A stretch of 64,000 nucleotides of DNA from Geosiphon pyriformis uo1 (Eukaryota > Fungi > Glomeromycota): NCBI GenBank assembly GCA_016748015.1, contig JAAOMT010000096.1, forward strand, positions 263,155-327,154, given 5' to 3'. The notes under the pieces were generated by a model that saw only the letters and a program-made list of their open reading frames with translations, ran no database searches and was not told where the DNA came from. Shown one piece after another: positions 36,655 to 48,025 of the stretch (its first letter is position 1; every line of letters starts with the position of its first letter). Position numbers and translations under genes: made by a program.

Positions 36655-39150
36655 TAAATCAATTTTTTGTTTTTTTTAAATATATTAATAAGTGTAATTC
36701 AATTATTATTTAAACTTATATAATTAAAAAAAACATAAATTAAATACAGTTTATGAATTTTTTATATATAACTAACTATTTAATTTAATTAAGATAAAAA
36801 TTAACTAAAATCATATAAATAGTATTAACAAATATACAACTTAAAAACTAACCACTTTTTTTTACCAAAACCAATTAAAAAACTTTTGTTAAAATTTAAT
36901 TTATAAATATTTTTTTTAATAAACTGAGTAAAAAAACTTATAATATTAATAATCACAAATTTTTTTAAAATAACTAAATTATTTTTTTTATACTTAATCT
37001 TTAATTTAAAATTTAACAACTAAATCTTGCTTTTTTAGTTAAACAAAGCAAAATAAACCAGATTAATAACTTTTAAAAATATATTTTTGGCAATTTATTT
37101 AATTTTTATATAAACAAAAATAATTAAATATTTTTACTTAATTTTTTTATACAAAAAAACATAATTTAAATTATTTTTTCATATTTAAACAAAAAATACT
37201 AAAATATCTTAAATTATATAATTGTTTTTTAATAGCTATAAACAATTTTTTATAAAAAGCTTTTATATTATAAGTTTAAAGATTGAAAATATTTTTGTTA
37301 AATTTAAATCTAATATAAACATTAAAATATTAAACAAAAACTAATTTAACAAAATTTATATCTTTTATTAAGTTTTTATTAATATATTTAATATATTATG
37401 TAAATTTAATATTAATCTTTTATTGATATTTAATTTGCATAATATTATAATATAATTAACCAAGTTATAAAAATTCTTAGCAAAATACTAATTATTATTA
37501 AAAACAATTATATTATTAAATACAAACTATTTTTATTAATTTTAATTAATAATAAACAGTTTAAATTAACTATTTTACAAATCAAATAATTAGTTATCTT
37601 ATTTTTTTTAATTTTAAATTATCTTATCTAAATTTTTTTTTAATAATATTAATAATTTAATATTTTTTGTTTAATATTTTACTTAAAAACTAAGACTATT
37701 ACTTTTTAAATTAAATTTATATATATTTAAAATTATTGGTTATTTAAAATAATAATTATATTTTAAAAAACCAAAACACTTTAAAAACTTTTTATTAAAT
37801 ATTAAAATATCTGAATTGACAAATCTGTTTAATTTATTTTAATATTAAAAAATTTTAAAATATTATATATATTATAATTATCTAATTCTAAATTTTAAAA
37901 ACAAGCAAAATTCAAAAGCAAAATTTTTTCAAAAATATTATTAATAATAAAAACTAAGTTTTTAAAACATAACTTTTTATGTTAATAAAACACTTTTTAA
38001 TTGCAGATTTTTATTTTTTTAAAAAATTATTTAACAAAAATTACATCATATTTTTTTAATTAAATACAAAACTATAAAAACCAAATATTAAAATTGCCTT
38101 TTTAAAATAGTTTTTTTAAACTGAACTTATTTAAATTAAAATCAAAATATATATTAAAATACTAATATAATTTGCCAAATTTAACAACCAAAATTGATAT
38201 ATTTATTATATTTAATTTAATATTCTTAATTTTTTAATAAAAATAATTACTGTTTTATTATTATTGATTAAAATATTATTTATACAAAAAATTAACTTGT
38301 TATTTATAACTTTTTTAAATAATAAAATAGCTATTTTTAACTTAAAAAAAATATTAAATAGAAAATATTTTCAATTTTATCAGTTATAATTACAATTTTT
38401 AAAACAATTTATAATATAAAACTGTGTTTTTATCTCATAAAATATTTTTTAAAAATCCTAAAAATTGTTTTTTAAAACATTTTAACCAATTTACATGTTA
38501 TTAATATATAATTTAAAAACAATTTAAAAGACATTTTTTTGTAAATTCAATTAAAACAATAGAATATGTATTAATTAAAACTTTTTTTATTTATTTAATT
38601 TAAAAATTATTGAAATTTAAATTTTTTTAAAAAATTAACAATAAAACACAAATTTAAAAAATTTAAAAACCAATTTAAAACTTTATTATTTAACAAATTT
38701 TTTATTATTTTTAACAATTTGTTAAAATTTATTTAGTAGATTATTTTAATAAATATATTATAAATTACATTAATTAAAAGAGTATATTTTTTTTTAAACT
38801 GATAAACAGTTTTTTGAATTATTTTTTTGTTTAATTTTTTATAATTTTATTAAATACTAAAACAATATTGTTTTTATTAATTAAATAATTCAAACCTATT
38901 TTTTAAAAAAAAATATATTTTAAAATACTTTTTATAATATGGTTTTTGTTAATTATACTTATTTTTATATGCTTAAAAATTTTATTTTTAATAATTATTA
39001 ATTAACTTGGTTTTTTGTATTTTAGCAAATTTGGAAATTTTTTTAAATTTAATAAAAACTTTTTTAAAAATAATTAAAATCTACTATTGTTTACTATTTT
39101 ATAACTAAAAACTCAATCAGATTTAAAAACTTTTATATTTTTATTATAAA
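36655..39150 (-). mobile_element. 'Ghost' LINE: 5'-truncated copy almost completely converted to A/T
   Basis: Colinear anchors to LINE-B/C: 3' UTR 36680-36800 ~ 47905-48027 and 61225-61345; 37480-37535 ~ 48812-48870; 38236-38292 ~ 50281-50340; 38550-38630 ~ 50941-51022; 38880-38955 ~ 51366-51440. Residual peptide KKNNLVIL..SFLIGFG. Boundaries approximate. Confidence 0.75.
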
Positions 39151-40226
39151 TTTTATTTTCAGTTTTTAAGATTTTAAAATTTTAAATATTAAATACTTTA
39201 ACTTAAAAAATCTTAAAAAGTTTTTGTTTATTGTTATATTATAATTATATAAATAAATATATTTAAAAAAATTTTCTATTGTATTAATTAAAATATTTTT
39301 TAACAAACTTTAAATTACTTAAAGCTTTAGTTTTTAAAAAAATTAGTTAAATATTAGAGTTTTTTATTAAAATTATTTTATTTTATTAATTTTATATTTT
39401 TAACTGTTTTTATTATTTTATTTTTGTTTTTTTTCAATTTAAAAATCCAACAAAATTTTTGAACTTATATTAATTAAACAGTTTAATAATTTTTATTTAA
39501 AGTTGTATTAAAAAGTTTTCTGTTAACAAAAATATACTTAATAGTTTTAAAACTCTCTCAAATAATATTTTATGTTAACAAAATAGTCTTTGGACTTTTT
39601 ATAAAACTTATATGGTGTTTTATTAAATTTTTATTAAATTTTTTAATTTAATTATAATTTATTTACTATTAATCTCTAAAATTTTGCTAATATATTTGAA
39701 TTATATTATTACTTTAAAATTCAAAAACTTTAATATTTTAAAATCTGTTTTTTATTCAAAAATATAATACATTTTTTAGATTAACTTTAATAATAAAAAA
39801 ATTAAATTGCTTATTTTTTATTGTTAACAATATTATTTTGTTTTATAAAATTGTTTTTATTTTAAATATTATTTGTTGCAATTTTTTAATTTAAATTATT
39901 TATAAAAACAATAACTTAATTTAGCATTTAAAAAATTTTATTTAATTATTAAATTTAAAATTGTATTTAAAATCATTAAACTTTTATTTTAAACTAGTTA
40001 ACTTTAAACTATAATTAAAATATTAAATACTTTATTAAAATGCAAATTCAATATTATTTTTATATTTTCATTAAAAATTAGAATAAAAAAAACTTCTTTC
40101 TTTTCTTCGTCCAAAATTCCCAAAAAAGAGTTAAAAGTTTTTCGAAAGAAGTTTTTTATTATTCAGTATGATAAATCAAAACCATTTTTCAATTACAAAG
40201 CCACTGTTGGCTCTGTTATTGCTGTT

Positions 40227-42037
40227 ATGAAGAAGACTGTTAAAGTTTCTGGTTCTGAGAGTGGTTTCAAGATGGTTGCGTCGAGAAAGAAAAGGAAGGG
40301 AGATGTATTGGCAGAAGATATTGATAATAGAGGGGTTGCTGCTGAAGCTTTTGGTGCTTGTTCATAGGGTTCTGAGACAGGTGATACTACTGAGTCTGAA
40401 AGTATTGACATGGAGAAGAAGTGCTTGGTTGAAGAAACCAGTGTTGACTATGGTGAGAATGGTGCTTTCGCAGAAAGAGATCCTAATCAAACACCAAAAG
40501 GTTTGCATGTAATGATCAAAAAGGTGTTAGGGAAGTCTCTGGGTGTGATTAATTATGGTACTGTTAATACAGATGATGACATGTTAGACAATTTTTTTCT
40601 TCTCCTGCCCCCTCTACCTATCAAACTGACCATTAAAGTGCTTGTTCACAAATCTTTTGCTTTAGATATTGATCTTGTGGCCATTGCTGAGAAGTCCTTT
40701 CAGGAAAAATTGAGTTTTATCAGAAAAATTTTTTCAAGTGTGAATGGTTTTGGGGGGGGGCTTCTACTCCCTCAAAATTTGGTAAAATTATTTGTGCAAT
40801 TTTTACTTCAGAAAAGACAATAATGGCTGCTGAGAAGTTGACAAATGATTGTGGTAAATACCAATCTCAAGTGCTCTGTAAACAACTGTATGAATCAGGC
40901 AATTGTGATGAAAGAAATTCCTGTGGGAACTTCCATGGAGGCTGTGCATGCTGCCATGTTTGAGTTTGGATTAATTAAGTCGATCAAGATGCAATTGGTG
41001 GGTCTGTGGCAAAAAGTAATTGTCAAATTAGAAGATCAGAATTAGGCTGATCTCTTGGCATCTAAATGGTCTATCCTCATTGGAAAGAATGCAGTATGTG
41101 TGACCAGGGCCAATGTTGACAAACAGATGTGGAATTCCAGAGATGAATTCAGAGCACTGCTATACACTCTTTCTGTAGGGACAAATGCTCATGACCTTTG
41201 GGATTTTGTTGGTTCGGTTAGTGAGAAAACATGTGTCATTGATTGTAATCCTGTTAGCTATGTCCATGCTTGCTGTGCTACTGTTTGCTTTGGGTCTGAA
41301 TCTGATCTGATTAGTGCAATGATTACAACCCCAGTTATAAAAGGGATTGGTCTTCACTGGTCTTGCCTCTCTTTGGCACTATGCTCAGTCTGCAGTCTTC
41401 TTGGTCATATATCTCTCAATTGTGTTTTAGTTAAGGTTGATTCAACCCTAAAGGGCAGAAAGACACCTCTTTCTGCTCGGGATCAGGTCAGATTGGCGAC
41501 TATCTACACTCAGAAGTCCACGTCCATTTCTCATCCATTGGTCTTCAGTGGTAAGACTTGGGCATCAGTTGTTGGTGCTCCTCTGGAGTGCAGTTTTTAT
41601 GGTGCTGGTTCACTTTTTGGTTCTGACAATATTGGTAAATCTCTCTCTTCTGTTGTGGATGATTTGGAAAAGTGTTTGGTGAATATTGAGAGTGGTCTCA
41701 TCAGCCTTATAGAACAAATTGGTGAGTTGGCTAAGAGGTTGAATTCACTTGTGCTGGCAGTTTTCCAGCCTAGCCCTGAATGTCAACTGCTGGTGACCCC
41801 CCCCCCCCATCACAGAATCAAGGAGAAAATATAGTGATGGAAGTGGGCTTGGGTGAGACCATTGGTGATAAGACTGCTATTGCTACTGCTATGGTAAAAG
41901 ACTTGTCTGCATTCCCCCATATTGTCAAGTTAGAGAATATGTTGAAAGGCCTTACTGCTTCAGTACTGAGTTTGTCTGCTCATTTTGACAGGTTGGTTCT
42001 GGCTGGTAGTATGATTCCACAATCTCCTTTCCAATGA
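40227..42037 (+). pseudogene. LINE-A ORF1 (two RRM-like domains plus CCHC zinc knuckle), disrupted
   Basis: MKKTVKVSGS.., IVMKEIPVGTS..FGLIKSIKMQLVGLWQK, RALLYTLSVGTNAHDL, CSVCSLLGHISLNC (CX2CX4HX4C). Stops at 40365 and 41043; frameshifts at G9 (40752) and C12 (41797). Confidence 0.85.
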
Positions 42038-45000
42038 GTGGTATTATTTGGAAAATTGCTACTTGTAATGTTAGAGATATGAATGTTCCTGCTAAACAGA
42101 ATGATATTGTTTGATGGCATAAGAATATGGACAATTTGGTTTCGATTTTTACAAAGACTAAGTTGAAGGATAAGGTTTGTTCATAGATGGCCACCAAATT
42201 TGGTGGTGTTCAAGTTTTCTCTTCTGGTTTGAACTCTGGTTATGTGAGTGCTGGTGTGGCGATTGTCATGAACAACTTTTTGGCTAAACATGTATGTAAA
42301 GTTTCTGAGGTGCCAGGTTGTTTTCTTTGTATCAGATTACTTTTCAAAAATAAACTTTCGGTTTCAATTTTGGGGCTCTATGCTGGTGCCTCCTTGACTG
42401 TCCAATTTTCCCAGGCTGTTGAGATAAATTCTCTGATCGCAAAGGCTGTAAATGAATTTTCTTTTGTTATCCTTGGTGGTGATTTCAACGAAGATGGTTC
42501 TCATAGATGTGCTAACTTTAAGAAATGTTTTGATTTGGATTTAGTGAATTCTCTGGGTAAGAGTTTCTTTGTAAAGACATCCACATGGTATAACTCTCAT
42601 GGTGTTGAAAAAACAATTGATTTTGTTTTTATATCTTCAAATTTGGTTAATGTGGTAGTGGATCGCAGTGTGACTGATGTCTTGGAGCACTTTGATACTA
42701 ATCACAAAGCTGTTACTGTTTCTGTGGAGCTGGGGGGTCTTTTGGATGTACACCTCTCTTCACTCTACAAACAGACAAACAAGAACTGTTAGAAGTTTGA
42801 TGTTAAAGGTGCTGATAATCTGAAATAGTGTGAGTTTAAGGCTGCCTCGGCTGCCAATGCTACTGTGCTTTTGGATGCTTTTGATGTGGCTCAAAGGTTT
42901 TCAGATTTGGATGGATTGTGGAACATTATTCGCAAAACTATGACTTTTTCAGCTGATGTGTCTTTCAAAAAAAAATGGTTTAAGGATTATGATAGTGTTT
43001 TCACTAAAGTGTCTTCTCGGTTCCACAAGTTAGAATTGTTGGTGTCCAAGCTGGTAAAAGCTTCTTATTTAGCTTCCTGTGAGAATTTTGAGTTGCTGTT
43101 GGAAACATGGGACAAACTTGATCCTGTGGGTGCATCAGAGGTAAAGTCCCTGTTTCTCTCGGGTTCTAGTTTTGATGTTGTTCATTCTGTTCTGGCCAAA
43201 ATAAGAAAATCTTACCACTCATCCAAGTGCTGGAGTCCCAGTGGGCTAAAGAATCACGTATTAAGCAAGCTGTTGACAATAGGATGGAGAGTTTTGAGTT
43301 GGATAAGAGTCATATTATCAGAAATGTGTTAGAGTGTCCTTTTCGCAAAGTGGTGTTAGATCATTTGATTGTGGATGATGAGCTGATCTTGGAGCCTAAG
43401 TTGGTTAAATCTAAGGTAGATAAGATAATAGAAGGATGAACTCAGAAGTGTCTGACTTTTCAGATGATTGGAGTCATTAATATAAGCTCTTGGATTATGT
43501 TTTTGATGGTGCTTTTTCTGATGTAATGTGCATAATTGGTTTTGATGAAATGTTGGCTGTTGTTTCAAATCTGCCTGATGGAAAAGCAGCTGGTCTCTCT
43601 GGCATTTCAAATAAATTGTGGAAGCACTGTAACAAATCAGTTTTGGATATGCTTTTAGTGCTCTTGAATTGTTGCTTGGTTTGTAAGTCTGTTCCTGGTC
43701 CTTGAAGGGAGGCCTGGATCTCAATGATTCCTAAACCATATGAGTGGAAGGGTGTTCTTACAAACACCCATCCCATTGTATTGATAGAAACAGCCTGCAA
43801 GATTTTTTCCAAGATTCTCTCGGACAGGATTTCTTTAGCTTGCAGCAAGTTTGATGTTCTTTGTGGTGATAACTTCTCTGTTTTGAAAGGTATGACGACA
43901 CAGTCCCTCATTTTTGCCATTGGTTCTGTGGTTAAAGATGCTTTGGAAAAGAATCGGGAGCTGTGGCTGGTTTTACAAGATATGCATAAGGCCTATGATT
44001 CTGTTGGTTGGGTACATCTCAGAAGGAGTTTAGTTAGGATCAAAATGTGTGACAGGTTCATTAAATTTTTTGGTGGAATTCACAATGGTCATATCAACAG
44101 GATGATGACTGACTTTGGTTTGACTAATAGATATTATATTCATGATGGTTTGGATCAGGGAGAAGTTTTCTCACCTCTTTTGTGGTGCATTTTCTATGAT
44201 CCACTTTTGTGTGAGGTCAAGTGACAAGAGAGTGTTTGTGAATACAGGTTAAATTCTCATTTTATTTCCAAAACTGGCCAGGCTGAATCTCAGGCTGGGT
44301 TGACTTTATTTTTTACAGCAAGTGCTTTTGTTGATGATACCATATGAGTTGGTAGTAGCCAGGCCGCTACACAGCACATACTCAATATAGCTAGTGAGTT
44401 TTTTGAATTTAATGACATTTCTATTAACAATGATAAGACTGTGGTTATTCCCATCAACTGTTGGGTCGAGTTCTTATATCTAACTGTCAGTGGTTCACCA
44501 ATTTTTATCACCAAAAAGGGAGAATCTCACCATTATTTGGGCATTTTTTTGTCATCTAAGGGTTTGTTGAAACCTAGTTTGGCTAAGGCTCATTTGGACA
44601 TTCAATTTTTTGTTAATCTTGTCATGAAAAAGACAATTTTGGATAAGCAGTTTGTGTATTTGGTGTCCACAGTTCTCTTTCTGATTGTTGGCTACAGGAC
44701 TCAGTTCAGCTATATTCTTCTTAGTGTGTATAATAAGTGAGATGTTTTAATTCAAAAGGATCTGAAATCTAAATCTGGCCTTCCACATGACTTTCCGAGT
44801 GATGCAATCTATCATCCTTCTTTGTATGGTTTAAAATTTTTTGAGCAGATCCAGGCTAAAAACAAATCTGCTTCTGTGGTTTCCTTTGCTAATTCAGTTG
44901 GAATCTTAGATTGGTTGTTTTCTCACAGGTCTCATGATTTTCAGGTTCTCAGTTGGTGTCCTCATTACCCTTTGGTGTTCCTGACTTGTATTGGCATCAC

Positions 45001-46682
45001 CCTTTCAAATAGTTTTTTGGCTGGTGTAGTCCATATTTTTTCTGGATGTGATTTGTCTTTAGACAATTCTCCGTCCTATGTTTTTTGTTCTCAGTAAGCC
45101 AAATTTTCTCAAATGTGTCTTCTTGCTCAAGCATTATGGTATTGCATTTGTGGAACAGCTACGTGATCGAAATGGTGTTGTTTTTAGTTGGAAAGCTTTC
45201 AAGCGTTGGAAGAGGCTGGATTTCTGTGGACCTGTTTCTTTATGGTTTGATCTCTCTGTTCATTTTTTCAGTGGTGCTGTGCCTTCTTCTGTTGACTCTT
45301 TGCTTGGAGAAAGTTGTGCCTTATTTGATGTTTGTCAATCTCGCAGTTTTGGTGTTGTTTGTAACAATTTGTTGGTTATTAACATAGCTTGCCTTTCTGT
45401 GTATATGGACAGGTCTCTGAGTGGTTTAGGAACTCGTGATATAAAGGCTGGTGCTGCTGTTTTTTTTGAGAACATTAATTCAGATTTGGGCATGAGCATG
45501 TCCAGTATGATTTCTTCTATAATAGTGGAGTTGCAAGCTATCTTCTTGGCTCTTGAGTGTGTCCTCTCTTTTTGTTCAGTTAACTTGTTCTCAGACAGCC
45601 AGGCTGCTTTGGATGCTTGCAAGTCTGAGTCTCTGCTGGTTTGTCCAGATTTTAGAAATCAGTATTGGATTGAATGTCACCATATTGTTAACATTATTCG
45701 TTGAAAAAATTTGGATGTGAATTGGATCAAAGTTAAAGGTCATTTGGGTATCCTAGGCAATGTGCAGACTAATGCATTTGCTAAGAATGCTGTCTCTTCT
45801 TCTTGGCAGCTGCCCCATATAGTTGGTGAATGTTTTTTGAAGACTGGTAGTACTGCAATATTTGGTAATTTGAAACGTTTTGTCTGTGGTGTTTTCCAGT
45901 CTGTTCATTGAGCACATTGAGAGATTGGCTCTGGTTCTGGGGTTGTAGTGAATAGTTTGTAGGATGAGATTGATTGGTCCAAGTCTTTTTTGGTATGGCA
46001 CCCAAATTCTCACATGGCTGCTGGTTTTACTAGTGTGCAAACGGCTGGCTTTTGGACATATTTCATGAAGACCCTGCACTGTCATCTTCTTGTTGCTGTG
46101 CATAAGCACCTTTATAATAAGTATTACCCTAGTGTGGTTTGTTTGTTCTGTGGCAATATCGAGGTTTTGAACCATGTCTTTTCCTGTTTTTTTGAGGCTG
46201 CTGGTCATGCTCAATTGATGGACATTCATGTGGATGCCTGGGCGGCACGTTCTGGTTTGTCTCATTCTTCTTTGTGTGTTTCTCAGTTGTTGTCGACTTG
46301 CATCTTCAATGTGACAATTGGTATGGCTCTGTATAAGGGCTTTGTTTTCAATGATTTGTATCATGAGTCTGTTTCTGTTTACAAGGATCCTAAGGTGGTG
46401 GTCTTTAATGTTGTGAATTTTGTTTACAAGTTTTGCCTTGCATTCCATGATAAAATCTGGCTGGTCTATGCGAGACACTGGGCCATTATGGAGAAAAATA
46501 GGCTGATTCTACATGATGGCTCTGTCCCTGTTTCCGTTTCTGGTTTTGCTTCCCGATTTTTGGCTGGTGTAATTAGGTTGTTAGGTGTTGCTGATGCACT
46601 CGGCATTAGTTTTAGGTTTCACAAGCCTTGTTTATTTTTTGCAGGTATAAGTGACATGGTTTCTGTTGGTATAAATGTATAG
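42034..46682 (+). pseudogene. LINE-A ORF2 (APE endonuclease - reverse transcriptase - RNase H - CCHC), disrupted
   Basis: KIATCNVR, GGDFN, TIDFVF and TNH (APE); KAAGLSGI, HPIVL, DMHKAYDSV, GLDQGEVFSPLL and FVDD at 44327-44338 (RT); YMDRS, ELQAI, SDSQ and KVKGH..GN (RNase H); CLFCG..HVFSC. Confidence 0.92.
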
Positions 46683-48025
46683 TGTTGTTCTGACTGGTCT
46701 GAGTGGCTGGTCATATATAGGAAAAGCATGATTCATGCCCAGTTTAGATCATTTGAATGATGTATAGTTCTAAGTAGCATTTGGACTTCACTTGTTAAAA
46801 GAAGGAAAAAAAAAAAATTAGAATTAAATTATATATTATTATAAAAAAAACAAATTAACAAAAACTATTTTGGCTACAAATAATATAAAAAATATTAATA
46901 TATTTATCTAATTAATTGGTAATTTAAAATTATATTTAAGCTTATATATTTTCGAATTTAAAATAAAAAAAAAGAATTTAAATTAAACAAAAAAACACTA
47001 AATTAAAAACTTTTTTTGTATTTTTATTTATTAATCAAGTTCAAGTTTTTTTATAAAAAGTAATAAAACAATTAATAAAAACAGTTTTCTTGATATAAAT
47101 TTTAATAAAATTTTGTTTGTTAATATTAAACAAATATTTTTTGGACTAAGTTGTTTTTTTTTAGCAAAATTATATTTTTAATTAAAACAAATAATGACAT
47201 ATTAATTTTTACATAAATAAAATTTTTTTATTAATAATATATATATTTTTATTTATAAAAACCAAAATGTTTTACAAATTAGGTTTTTTAACAAATATAT
47301 AATAAAACATTATATATTTTTTAACTTATAATACTTTATTTATATTAACTTTTACAATATACAATATATATTTTTAATTAAAATAGATTATTTAAAAGTT
47401 ATTAAATTAATTTAATTTAATTGTGCATATTTATAAAACTTAATTAAATTTAAAAAATAGCTTTTATAATTTCTTAAAAATATTGATTAAAAAATACTTT
47501 TTAATTTATATAAAAATTTATGTGCTTAAAATTATTATTTAAAATTATATTATTTCTTATAATTAACATTTATATTTTAGTTAATTTAATATAAATATAA
47601 TTTTAAGAAAATAGAAATTTTTTAATACAAATATTTTTTTTAAAAAAAATATTTAATAATAATATTTATATTAAAATTTTAAACTTTAATTATTTTAATA
47701 AATTTTTTAAAAAAATTGGTTTTAATATTTTTTATATTAAATTTTTTAAGCTATTAAAAATTTTTTTTTATTACAAAAATATTTTTTATATTATTAATTT
47801 TAATTTTAATTGTTTTATTTTTACTTATTTTATAGTTATTATTAAAACTTTTACTTTTTTAATATTATTTATTTATTTAGCTATAAGTAATTATTTTTTT
47901 TTTTAAAATTTAACAAGTAAAATTCAAATATCACCTAGTATAATACATTATACAAATGATTTAAACTAAGTGTAAATTATGCATTTTCTATATATAACCA
48001 GTTACTTAGATTAATCAGGACAATA

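Larger units (their letters stand above)
40085..46812 (+). mobile_element. LINE-A: full-length non-LTR retrotransposon (inactivated) with poly(A) tail and 12-bp TSD
   Basis: TSD AAAAATTAGAAT at 40073-40084 and 46813-46824, preceded by TT (TT/AAAA-type site). A-run at 46806-46817. Two ORFs with recognisable domains. Confidence 0.93.

Noticed and set aside
36825-37019. 64-aa K/N/I/F-rich ORF
   Set aside because: Mutated C-terminus of the ghost LINE ORF2, not a gene
45753-46478. 241-aa minus-strand ORF and similar antisense ORFs (43356-43724, 43495-43920, 49004-49282, 61407-61736, 62118-62498)
   Set aside because: Shadows of LINE ORF2 caused by strand skew; no motifs of their own
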